Assembly (NCBI GenBank): GCA_032718475.1
Contig: JAUCBJ010005089.1
Location: forward strand, 1-64,000
DNA: 64,000 nucleotides
Reading direction: 5' to 3'
From: Nemertoderma westbladi
Lineage: Eukaryota; Animalia; Xenacoelomorpha
The notes under the pieces are model-generated. The model saw only the letters and a program-made list of their open reading frames with translations. It did not search any database and was not told the origin of the DNA. Position numbers and translations under genes: made by a program. Position 1 is the stretch's first letter. Each line of letters begins with the position of its first letter. Shown here piece after piece: positions 51,069-63,740 of this stretch.

Positions 51069-51290
51069 GCAAAAATGATTAATAATTGCCTTGGGGCATT
51101 ATGCCAGGGAATCTATGGCGATTATGCTTCCTGCCCTTGTTTTCGCACGTCAAAGGTAGGGCAGAGGCAATGGATAATTGAATGTGACGTAATATTAGAC
51201 GTTTATGATAAAGATGGGGATAGGGTATTACATATCCCCTTTTCATCCGCTGGATTTACTAAGCAGTTTATTGCCGAGGAGGATATGGTT
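51069..51290 (+). CDS. Coding exon B of an unknown Cys-motif protein
   Basis: TTTAG acceptor and GTAAGT donor, both phase 0. It reads AKMINNCLGALCQG...SCPCF..., and its phase is compatible with exon A. Confidence 0.5.
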
Positions 51291-51696
51291 GTAAGTATTC
51301 CCTACTGAAAGTATAAAATTTTCCGTTATACGGTGTTTTAACTTTCGAAATAAAAAGTTTTTGGAATAGACCAATTTAATTTTGATGTTAAAAATAATTA
51401 TATTATAATTGACTTAAGAAAAACCTTACATATTACATTATTTTAGAGGATTATTTTCATTGTAATAAACTAATAAACTTAATTATATGTGATTTTAAAT
51501 AATTAGAAAAAATTATAATTATACTAAGCTTGTATTCCTATTTTAGTGTATATGGGTGTCTGTGTTTGAGTAGATTAGAATTGATAATGATTTTTGTAAC
51601 TTAACAATTATCTTTATATTAATAACTACACTCCCATCCATACTTTATTATTGGGGGAAGGTTTAACAAATATTGTATTTGTCCAGTTTGTAAGTT

Positions 51697-52185
51697 TAAC
51701 CACTGTTCTAACGTTTGTTCCTCTGTTAGTGTAACGACTGTTCTAACTTTTTACTCGGTTATTTAAACCGCTGTTCTAACGTTTGTTCTTCAGTTAGTGT
51801 AACCGCTGTTCTAACGTTTGTTCCTCAGTTAGTGTAACAGCTGTTCTAACGTTTGTTCCTCAGTTAGTGTATCTGCTGTTGTAACGTTTGTTCCTAAGTT
51901 AGTTTAACCGCTGTTCTAACGTTTGTTCGTAAGTTAGTATAACCGCTGTTCTAACGTTTGTTCCTCAGTTAGTGTTACCGCTGTTCTAACATTTGTTCCT
52001 CAGTTAGTGTAACCGCTGTTGTAACGTTTGTTCCTAAGTTAGTTTAACCGCTGTTCTAAAGTTTGTTCCTCAGTTAGTGTAACCACTGTTGTAACGTTTG
52101 TTCCTCAGTTAGTTTAACCGCTGTCCTAACCTTTGTTCCTCAGTTGGTTTGACCGCTGTCGTAATCTTTGATCCTCAGTTAGTGT
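51697..52185 (+). repeat. 35-bp minisatellite (AACCGCTGTTCTAACGTTTGTTCCTCAGTTAGTGT), about 14 copies
   Basis: Exact 35-bp periodicity (51801, 51836, 51871...). Confidence 0.95.
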
Positions 52186-52191
52186 AGGTAG

Positions 52192-54783
52192 GTAGGTGTG
52201 TTGGCTTTTGCTAATTAATTTATCGGAATATGTTTTGCTCTAACGCAGCAGTTTTTCCTTTTGTGAGGCTTAATTTAATTTCAAATTATTTTGTTTTATT
52301 TTTGATGAGATACCTAAATAATACGCATCATATCTTGATAGTTTTTTAATTTTTTATAAATAGAAGTTATTTTTTTTGAAAGACTCTTAATTTGAAAGTT
52401 TTTAAATTTCCATACGTGTGTTTCTATTTTTGTATTTATTATATCATGTCTATTATTTGTGGAATTTCTTATATGGTCATGTACTTTTGAAAACTATATT
52501 TTATTTTAAATAATTTTTTTTCAGAGATTTGACATCATCGATGCTTTTTATGGTTATAATTCATGGTAACGAGCAGAGTCGGAATTTATTTCAACCGAAT
52601 GTCGGAGTTGGAAGTAAGATTTGATTGTACGAGCCTGCATTTAGAGGTGACACCTCCCACAATGTACCGATTATAGTAGTTGTCATGAAGCCTCTTCTTA
52701 TTATTATGACAATGCAACCTCTTCGTGAAATAAATGTAACCGCTTTGGTGGAAGACATGACACCGTTTAGTGTCAATGTCGAAGATCTAGTATTGCGAGG
52801 TGTAAGTTCAGTTAATTGTTGTAGATTTCAATTTTAACTACATTATTAAAATATAAATTATTTTTATATTTATTTAATAACCATACTAATTACTATATAA
52901 TTATAAGTATATAATATTTAATATAAATTTTTATTAAATTTTTTCAATGGATATTTTATATTTGAAGTTAAATTGAAGAAATATTAACATAAATATTTTA
53001 TTTAAATTTTAGCTGTAAACAAAGATAATTATCAAATCGTATTTATTAGTCAAATGATAGCGATTTTGTTATTGTAGGTAGGACCTTCAAACAATATTAT
53101 CATATGATAATAATAATTGCTATTTAATACAAAATTTTTTCATGAACCATGGAAGTATATTTTTATTGTCATTTTCGAAATAGCGGTTTAAAAAAAGCAA
53201 AACCTGTAAAGCGGAGGCGGATTTGTTTTAGTGTCAGTATATTAAAATTACTGTAGTATAATATTATACATGATATAACTATTTTATAATATCATTGTTT
53301 AAATTTTAGATTGATATTGTAGCTACTCATAATGGCGCGGTATGTAAAGGCATATATGGCCTTTATCATAAGTGCCCATATATTTTCACAGAAACTTATC
53401 AAATAACAAAGTATGGGTAATAGAATGTGACTTAGTACTTCCAAATCTACCATTGGATGCCGACAGAAAAGATTTGAGATTAAATGCATTCAAATCCAAT
53501 GACTTTACCGCCATGTTCATTGGGAATGCTGCAATGAATGTTAGTTAATTTTATTAATAAAAGTTATAAAAATTAATAAATTATTTTACAGTTTTTTTTT
53601 TGATCATCGACATGAAATTTTATTGGAAATTTTGACGCTTGTCGATATTACAATAGTATGTTGGTTTGTCTGTTTTTTCGTTAGTATATTTTTGTTAAAC
53701 TATATAAATATTCATCACCCTCTCCCCTACCTCCCACCATTATTATCGAAATACTTTATGTATGACTGTCCAATTGCGAAAATGTTGAAGTATGTATGAT
53801 TTTGGTGTAATATTTATGTACTAGTAGCCTCGCCTAACTTTTGAGACATGTGTGAATATACCCCTTTCAAATGTAGAATTATGTCACTACAACTCCTTCC
53901 CATCTCCTCCCCATTTTTTGAGTTAGGATATTTCCGACTACAATTTCCCTCTTAAGTGTTACTGCTGTGGTAGATCCGAATACATACCGTATTCGGTATG
54001 TATACGCATATTGTTGATATGTTTGACAAAATTAAATAAAATATGTCTAATAGAATCCACATAATCAAGACATGTTTGTTCATACACACGACAGTGCAAT
54101 GGTGGTGGTGGTGGCACCTACTACCAGTACAAGTAAACCACACTACATTATGTGCTTGGCTTCCCAGAGAGAGATAGACACTGGTTGGATATGTACAATA
54201 CAAGGCCGCTGTCCACTGCGTCAAGATACAAAGAAGCAAGGTCTATGCAGCTATGCTTGAGGGCCAGATAATGTATGATAATGTACACCACAGAACTCAT
54301 TATTTACATGTTTGTTTGATTTAAACAAGAATGCAAATTTAAAATATTAAAAAGTAGCATTCATATATTTTTTGTTAATTGTTTTCCGTAATGAAATACT
54401 TAGTTACGTCTGAATTTATTATTAATAGTACAATCCATTCTTGGCATCCAGAAAGTTTTCAACTACAAACAGCTTATGAATTCTAAATTAGCTAATCACA
54501 GGCCTTGGTTACTAAGTTGGATTCATTGCATTTTTGTTTTTTTTGTGTGCTTTGTAAGTTGACATGTGTTCGCAACACAGTATTCTTTGTTTGTTGGGTG
54601 AAGAAATTTTTACCTTTCCATGGGACAACCTGTCTTGCCGCACGCAGTATGTGTTTCATGTTCATCAAGATTAGTCGTGGCTGTATCCAATTGTGCTTGT
54701 TGTTCTCTGGCCTGTGGGTATTCCGTTTTCTTTATGATTTCATAGTATTTTTTCCTCTTTTTGTTTACAAAGTCTTTGTAGTC
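52192..54783 (+). repeat. Copy 2 of the 2.6-kb direct duplication
   Basis: Collinear with 45823-48402. Confidence 0.95.
52525..52801 (+). pseudogene. Paralog of exon A with a premature TGA
   Basis: Same length (277 bp) and splice sites as exon A, with CGA>TGA at 52622-52624. Confidence 0.6.
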
Positions 54784-56752
54784 ATTCTTATTTTATCACC
54801 AGTTTCAAAATGCCTTTTTTTACCTGGGTTTTACAATTAATTTTTTCTTTATTACCTATAAAATTTTGACTTTCCTTTTTAATTACCGTGATTTACTTGC
54901 CTTTTTCTTGCTGTTTTTTCTACCCTATCTTTTTCTTCAAAACCAGTTTTTAATTGCCTTTTTTTTCGTATTGGTTTATCTTTCCATTCCTTTTTAATAA
55001 TGCCTGGACTATCGCTAAGCAGCTTAAGTGCTGCTCCGATTTGCCTCAGATTATACAATATTATTTAATCTCTTGATAAATTGATTTAATTATATATATA
55101 TATATATATATTGCAGGTACTGCAGTATCAGAAACAGTACTGTGGCATTCCACATTTAGTGGCAGTAGTGTTGTGAAACCGGGATGAGAGTATCTGAAAT
55201 ACAATATGAGGTAGCTGTGAGCCGTGCGCACTGCTAGTATTAATATTGTAGTATTAATTAGTATAGTACTATTGATGCTGTAGGTATTACTGCAGCTAGC
55301 GTTATTTGAAATTTGCAAGGTTTGCAAATTTGCTATCTGGTTGTGAGTCATTAGTAGCAGAGTGGAATTATTTGGTGTAACCATTGAAATTCATAGGCTC
55401 TTCATGAAGGTAGAGAAGTTAACTAATATTGGTTAGATGTAATACACAGGTTCTATAGGGAGATAAGATAGGTTTGGAAGGACAGCTCTGTGAGAGAGAG
55501 GTGGGGAGTGAGAGATAGTGGGAGGTATGGGGGGGGTGGGGGGCTGTGCTGTGGGAGTAGTTACTCGCTACCGGCAATGCCGCTCTCTTAGGCTATTAGT
55601 ATGGAGCAGTATATTGTAATTGATAATAATTAATTAAATAAACTAATACTACTATATAATAAAAATTAAAGCTAATAATTAAATATGTAGGGACATAGGC
55701 ATGATAGTGTATCCTGTTCGCTCGGTACGGGTGGTAGTCTGGTAGTTAACTAATTTATTTAATTTTTATAGATACCGTTATGCCAAAACGCAAGCAAGTT
55801 TGTGTTTATTCATACTGTCAATGTTGCTATGGCAAGAAGCGACATTGGAACATCTACTGCAAGGGATAGAACAGATGCCGCGAACATGGACGCTGCGCTG
55901 GTGGAGAGTTGGAACTAGGTGGCGCTGGTCACCAATCTTGAACTTCCCGTCGATCAATCGGGAAGCAACGCTGTCCATCAGACCGGCCGTCTCCACGCGG
56001 TGGAAGCCAATTTTTTTTATTTTGACTATAGTGACAATTCTATCTTTGTTCTTTTGCGGTGTTGTTTTTGTTCTTCCAACTTTCATTAGTAATGGAGACA
56101 GCACTGTGGACAAATCACAATTCATTTGCTCAACTTCTCTCTGCAAGAAATAGCCATATAATGGTCTTGCAGATTCGCCAGCTTCATTCTGCAAATATAA
56201 TACATGACGCACTTTTCCTCTATAGTTTTGGCTCCAGTATGCTATACATTTACCAGACTGACAAATTTCTGAAAACTACCCCGAAATTTCATCTACTTTT
56301 TGACAATCATTTTTTGTTTCTTGTTTGTAAGCCGTTTCCAACAACTTTTACAGTTTTGGAAAACGAACTAGCAGAAATAAGCAGCTTGAACTCGTCAGTT
56401 GATTAAAAAAATGTGTCATATTAACAGCGAAAACATTTATTCCAGAATAACATTGATTTCTTATCAGTCTGCAATTCTTTAGTGCGCAAAATGTCTTTAA
56501 AATTAAACTCTGTTACAGTATCTGTTCATCATTTAGTTGACCTGCTTTACGAGTTTGATGAAAATGGAAGGGTTTCCTACTGTGATCTCTTTGATGTAAC
56601 CGCTCCGTTTAGATTTTTTGTGGCTTGACGGGTTATACATTGCACAAAATGAAACGGATTCTGGGTGAAACACTTGTGAACCAATTTACCGCTGATATGA
56701 AAGGTGAAACCAGGACGAAGATTGTGTTCTATCGCATAAGAAAAATATTTAG

Positions 56753-58730
56753 ATGGAATGGACAAAATATGCGGCTAAAGCAACCGACATTGAGATTGAG
56801 CACCTGCAATATTATTGCACTGGGTGCAAAATATCGTTTGAACGACTAGGTTACCAGGTTACTAGGTTACCACCACACAGGAGTTTTGTTGGTTGAAAAC
56901 TCAGGAGCAACACTAATTATGGAAATTGAAAAGGAGTCATTGCCCAAATTTAAATGGGGAAGTTGTGCACTAACAATCAACAAAGCACAAGACGTATATA
57001 ATCGTGGACCGAACCATATATCTATGGACACTGACTACTTAACCCTATTAGTACCGGGCTATAAAATGCTGTACAAATACCGGGAGGGGGTCATATTGAC
57101 CCCCCCCTCTAAAATCTACAAATATTTACGAAAACGTCTGATTTTTTGTTTGTACGTAGGTATCACTTGTCTGGATCCGACCGAAAAAAAAAATTTTCGA
57201 AAAAATGTACTGGGGTGGTTATATTGCAGCACCAAAATTACAAGTAGTGCACAATTTTCACAAAATTTGAAAGTTACATTTTCGGCTAATTATTTTTCAA
57301 TACAGGTTTTCTGGGGTGCAAAAAACATTGAAAAATATTTAAAAATGATATGATTACTATAAATGGCCGTTTAGTCCTCTCTGCGTAGGAAAAAAATGAA
57401 AAAAAACAAGTAACCAGCACTTTTCAGGTAGAACACAAAATTTTTAATTCACTTATACGATGCTATAAATTCACATTTTCAGGTTTTCGATTGCGCTGAT
57501 TCTAATGGAATACATTTCTAATATGCCAGATCATTGATACTTGTATTTTTCGGCGTAATTTGGCAAATTTTGGTGCTAGCACCAAATTTCGTACCCATCA
57601 CCAAAAAGTACAAGTTTGCGATGTCCAGTGCTGTTTTTATGGATTCCATCGGATTCAGGACCCTCATAAACCCGTATAACGCAAGAAACAAGGTGATACT
57701 ATCTACTGATAAATTTGCATATTTTCCAAAATTTGGTGCTGGCACAACAATTTTCACCCACTGGCGAAAAATACCAGTTTGAGAACTCTTATGAAATTTT
57801 TACTGATTTCATTGAATTCAGAACCATCACAAACCCGTATAACGCAAGAAACAAGGTGACACAATCAATTGATATATTTGATGGTTTTCAAAATTTGGTG
57901 CAAGCACCACATTTTGCACCCACGTCCGAAAAATACAAGTTTGAGATGTCTAGTTCGATAATTATTTATTCCATTGAATTCAGAACAGCCATAAACCTCT
58001 AAAACGCAAGAAATAAATTGTCACAAGCAATTTTATCTATCGAATGAATTTTCAAAATTTCGTGCTAGCACCAAAATTTGCACACAGCACCGAAAAATAC
58101 ACGTTTGATACGCTTGGTGCAACTCGTATATATTTCATCGAATCCAGAACCCCAAAAAACCCCAATTGCGTAAAAAACAAGTTTCAAACAATCAATTTAC
58201 AAAATTGACATAATTCAAAATTTGGTGCTGGCACCAAAATTTGGCACCCACCGAAAAAAACAAGTTTGAAATTTCTAAATCAATTTATTTGAATTCCATC
58301 AAATTTCTAACACCAAAAAACCGGTGTAAATCAAAAATAGAGATGTTACAATTCATATTTAATGAAATGTAATTTTCAAAAAACGTCACAAAAAAAGTGC
58401 CAAAAGTAGGGTTAAAAAATGGTGCTATAACTCGAAAAGTACCCAATATTTTTGAAAACGGTTTTCACTACTAGGAAGACAATAGATTTTTAGGAAAAGT
58501 CATAAAATTTCAGATTCCCAACTGCGTTTGTTTCAGAATTATAATAAAAAAACCACGGGAAGGGTAATATTGACCCCCCCCCGGGTTTAATAGGGTTAAG
58601 CTTAAGTTGACCTAGAAAAAATGTTCTATCGCTTTTCAAGGATGTTCGGAGTGCCCATTAATTATGACGCTCTACATATGAACTGCGATCACATAAGCAC
58701 ATTCTTAACATGTGGCAGATTGGAATAGTG
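56753..58730 (+). pseudogene. LRAT-like (H-box/NC, permuted NlpC/P60) gene split by a piggyBac MITE
   Basis: GCKISFERLGYHHTGVL lies before the insertion (after collapsing an 8-bp triplication) and NYDALHMNCDHISTFLTCG after it. Confidence 0.65.
57043..58595. mobile_element. Non-autonomous piggyBac element with internal ~162-bp tandem repeats
   Basis: TTAA|CCCTATTA...TAATAGGG|TTAA, with five repeat units at about 57570-58380. Confidence 0.9.
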
Positions 58731-58992
58731 CACTGATCGCCTGCACATGATCGGATGTATACCGATCCCTGTATCCCCCAGTTCTACTGAAAGACTAACA
58801 GCAGACGATATAATGTCTATAGAAGATAATTCTTATTTTTAAATTAATTTTTACTTGGGACTGTGCAAGTCACGCAAAGAACAGAACTACCGATATGAAG
58901 ATTAGGCCTACTATAGTACTCCAAACACCAATGCGATCGATGTTTTATTGTAATGCCACTAAATGACTTCCATCTCGTTAGAAATCTGTGCC

Positions 58993-61335
58993 ATAGATAG
59001 ATAGATAGATAGATTTATTTATACATTATGTAAAAACAATAACAAATACACCAAACAATGTACCGGTATAAAGGTATTGTCCAACATAACATATAGGATT
59101 ACCCCTAAAGCTTTGCAGCTTATTTCCAAGGGGGTCCTTTATGTTACTTGGTTACAAATACAATATTACACTACGCTAACCTAAAACCAATATAAATCGT
59201 AATTACACTATGTACATGTACAACTTTACCGAGAGCGTGACAATGTCCGACTCAACGATAAAGATGTAATGTACAGAACAATTTATTATAAAACGTATTT
59301 ACAGTATAAATAGTAAATAATTAATAAACTAATAACTTACTGTAGGACTATTGTACCTATTTTTACATTGCACACGGAGATGAGATTTAACTGCAGATTT
59401 AAAAGAATGTTGATTATCTAGGTTTTTAATTTCATTAGGCAGAGCGTTCCAATTTTTTATGCCGTTAAAAAAGAAAGTATCAGATTCAAAGGATTTACAA
59501 TTCGGGAGGTAGAAGTTTGAAGCACTAGCTCTGGTACTGTAAGAGTGTGTATCGCGTACTCTGTTGAATTTTTGTTTTAGGTAATTGGGACATTTACCAT
59601 TATACACTTTATGCACATGGTTAAGGCGTAGCTGCTTAACTCTACTATCTAAGTTAAGTAGTCCAGATTCAGAAAAGTCATCTGGAGTTAGGTGGTGCCT
59701 AGGTTTGTAGTCTTTAATAAATCGTACTACTTTATTCTGAGCTACTTGTAATTTATATTTAAGCTGTTTGGTTAAGCCTTCATACCATGAAGAGCACGCA
59801 TAGTCCATGTGACACTGTATTAAAGAAGAGCAAAGTTACTTGCGGGAGTCGGTGTTTAAACTATTTTTATTTCTGTATAGAAACCTAAGCCTACTGTTAA
59901 CTTTCGAGAAAATATTTTTCACTGTACTTTCTCCTGATAAGCAGTTATCCAATGTGGCGCCTAAATATTTAACTTCCTTTTTATTTTCAATCTTATGTCC
60001 ATTACTAGTGACTTCAAACTTAGTAACCTTCTTTAACTTTCTTTTGGAACCAAACAAAATACTTTCAGTCTTACCGTAGTGAATGGATAGCTTATTATCA
60101 ACCAACCACTCATTACAGGATTCTAGAACTGCACTTAACTTTTGGGAAATATGGATAGGATCTTTATGAGAGAAAATAAGAGCACTGTCGTCGGCATATA
60201 AAATGAGTTTAAAATCGGGATCTATACTACTTATCATATCATTTACATAGCATACAAAAAGCAGAGGACCTAATATACTACCTTGCGGTACACCACAGGT
60301 AATCTCTTGTACAGTAGACTGCGATTTGCTAATGACTACAGTTTGACCTCTGTCTGACAGGTAGGACTTGAACCAGTCTATAGAACCTACACCCATCAGG
60401 CCTAACTTACCAAGCAGAATTTCGTGATCTACAGTATCGAAAGCCTTTTGTAGGTCCAACATTACCATACCAGTATATAAACCCTTTGCGTTATTACATC
60501 TAATTGTATCAGTTAAGTTAATAAGGCAGGTGTCTGTAGAATATGATTTACGAAAACCGGACTGAAGTTCATAGATCAGATTTAGCCTACTAAGATGTGC
60601 CTCCAGCTGTAGAAAAACAGAACGTTCTAAAATTTTAGATACAATACTTAAGATACTAACAGGTCTGTAATTACAGGGTTCTACTTTACTATTCTTTTTA
60701 TACAGAGGAACAACCTTAGCCAATTTCAGTTCGTCTGGTACTACATTATCTACGATAGAGTAATTAATAATAAAAGTAATAGGCACTTTAAGTACTACAG
60801 CACCATCCTTAAGAAAACGGGCAGGTATTAGATCTAGACCGGTACTTTTTGAGGCTGATAGGCTAAGTAGATTTTTAAAAACGAAATCCTCAGAAACGGG
60901 TTTTAAAAATAACTTTTCTGAATTTTGTAACTTTTCTAAATAAAAATTATTTAGAGTTTCGGACCCTATACTATATTTATTACTTGATAACGGTAATTTC
61001 TTAACTAAATTAGAGGCAACATTAGTAAAATAATTATTAAATAAATTACTAACTAGAGTATGATCATGAATCAGCTCACCGTTATCTTGCAGAACAATAT
61101 TCGATTTAGATTTAAGGTTTTTATAACCTAAAGATTTTAGGGTAGACCATAGACTTTTAGGATTATCTCTATTCTCACTTATTTTGTTGTACAAATATTC
61201 AGATTTAGCTTTTTTTATTTCCCGTTGGACAAGGTTTCTATATTTGCAGTAATTATTATAATCAGCTAAAACACGGTATTTCCTAAATTTATACAAATAG
61301 TTATCTCTTTCTCTGATATTACTCTTTCTCTGATC
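58993..61335 (-). mobile_element. 5'-truncated L2/Crack-type LINE with AATAAA-(TCTA)n tail
   Basis: RT motifs [23 protein letters not shown] and YADD. An in-frame stop at 59836 separates the two ORFs. The 3' UTR has a GGACCCC...GGGGTAATCC stem. Confidence 0.92.
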
Positions 61336-61510
61336 TCACTATCTGCCTTTAAAAGAACTAAAGTACCCTTTTGAGTCCCTTATTTACAGTTTTTTTTCTG
61401 TATATTTGCTGTTTGTTTAACTTTTTCGTCTGTCATAGCATCGCTTGGTAAATTCCTCATTGATGTTCTATTATATATGTTCCTCATTTGTATCTTTCAT
61501 TCTTTCCTCA

Positions 61511-62760
61511 GATATGCCGCGAAGATTGTGATTACCTTCGAACATCTATTGAATGTGGATTATGTAAGATTTGGACACATGGCTCATGTTTGAATATCAG
61601 TGATTCCTTGATAAATAAGTGGGAGAAAGACTCGTTGACATTTGTATGTAAAAGGTGTTCTCACAGTGGTGACCAGTATAATGTATTGGGCGCTTTGCAG
61701 AGAATTTCGATGAAATTAACCAAGAAAATGTATGATATTGAGGACTGTGCTTTGTCAGAGGAACTACTGTTACAAACTTACAATGTTAAATTACCGCGTT
61801 ACAACGGTGATATTCTGGAGTTCAATCCGAAGGTTGACAAGGTCGATGACAGGTCTGTTAACCTTCTGAAGAAGTACCACCCAGCAATGCTAGATAGTCA
61901 TATGCCTTTGTTTGTGGAGGGTGATGGAAACTGCCTGTACCGTGCAGTATCTCTTGGTACATTTGGTAATGACAAATACCACATTCTACTTCGATTGTTA
62001 ACGGCTATAGAGGTGATAAATAATCGATGGTTCTATGATAAGAAAAATATAGGATATAAAGATTTTGTTAATTCAAAGTACGTATTAGAGAATGAAAATT
62101 TCTATGACTTTGTCAATAGTATCGTAAAGTATAAAGAACCAGGGGGTTTGGTAGTTGTGTATGCTGTATCCAGTGTTATTGGATGGCCTATAACGTCATA
62201 TATGCCGCCATTTGAAATTAACAGCATGGAAATGACGGAATGTTTTCGAAGAATTGTCAGAGGTCGTCGTGTTCTTTCCACAAAATCACCATGTATGATT
62301 CTGATGTGACTCAGTCAGGTTCTATGTTATATTTTACGTCTACCTGTGATCATTTTTGTGTTCTGAGTAAAGTTGGCAAGCATAAAAAAAAGGTTGAAAT
62401 AATCGTTTCATCAGATGAAAATTTCGACACACCCTCCCAGATTTACTCCCCTGAGATATTATGCAGTGATTCCAACGAGAGTGAGAGTAGTGTTACTGAT
62501 TTTCCTGCTTCTCAGTATCAGTGTCCCGTTGATAGCATTTCGGAATCGGAGCAGAACGAATCTTCCGACAATAATGATATTCAAAGTACAAATACTGCTG
62601 ATAAACCCATTCGAAGCACAGTTAATGATAAACGCATTAATGATGAAATTACCCTTGAATCTAACGTGGGGGGCTTCATAAAAAAGGAAAATTTTTAATG
62701 ACTAACGAGATTCTCGAATTATTACTCAAAATAGGACAATCGAAGCCTTTGCTCTCCAAG
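61511..62760 (+). pseudogene. PHD finger plus OTU/vertnin-like cysteine protease remnant
   Basis: IECGLCKIWTHGSC...FVCKRC, GDGNCLYRAVS...H..LR, and after a frame break CDHFCVL. Splice acceptor TTTCCTCAG at 61510. Confidence 0.7.
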
Positions 62761-63740
62761 GTAGTGTTAATAACTGAATGAACCCATAATGAGCCCATAA
62801 TAAATTATTAATACCAATACCCCATTAATTAACCCCACAGTAATTAAAGTAAGTAGACCTAAATTACGATAGTATGCTAAAGAAAGTAAAAATTTATTGG
62901 AAATAGGAATACAAATTAACGCGCAAACAAATATAAATAAATCCAATCTAATAAACATTTTCCATCACAATCACAATTTGCAAATCACAATTGCAACTTT
63001 AACCATGTTATCATGAATTCCATGAGAAAACGGACATGGCATGTCAATTATCAAACCCCCCAATGTCTATTTTCAAATATGGGAGCTCTAAACTAATGTC
63101 CTGAAGTACTTAAAACAAGAAGAGTTTCGCCATGCCGACAATATGGCGCCGCTCGGCGCCTGTTTGAATACAAGCATATACTTACTGAAAATTTTTGTAA
63201 ATTTGCATGTGATTTTAGCCATTATTTGAAGGTAGGTAAACAGAGAATGCCACATTTTCCCACAGATTTTGAAACCAATAATTGTAAGCTATCATAAGAG
63301 GCTGTGGTTGATTAAATATCAGCCACGCTTATGGTGTTCTGTGCTCACAGGGATCAAAAAACCGAAGTATAAAAACGCAATTGCGAATTCTGAAATTCCG
63401 TAACGAAAAACATAGGAAACTTCTTACCTGTAGATGGATATTGGACATTGTGGGTTAAAAACAAGATTCCTCTTTCGGTTCATCAGTGTCAACCAGCCAG
63501 ATGTTGTCCCGTAAATTATGATGCATGTAAAGCTGAGAAAAAGCCGTTACGGAATTTCAAAATATCGTTACGGAATTTCGTTTTTGAAATTCCGTAACGA
63601 AATATCCTGTAGGCCTACGTCTGGTATCGCCCAACTACAGTATCACAAATTACTTTCGGTTTCTGTAGTCCACACATGGTGTAGGCTACCTAATTAGGCA
63701 GTAGCTGCTGTACTTAGAAAGTTCATTTACCGGTAGTAAA

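Noticed and set aside
51697-52185. 35-bp repeats as a CRISPR array
   Set aside because: The units are contiguous with no unique spacers, there are no cas genes, and the context is eukaryotic.
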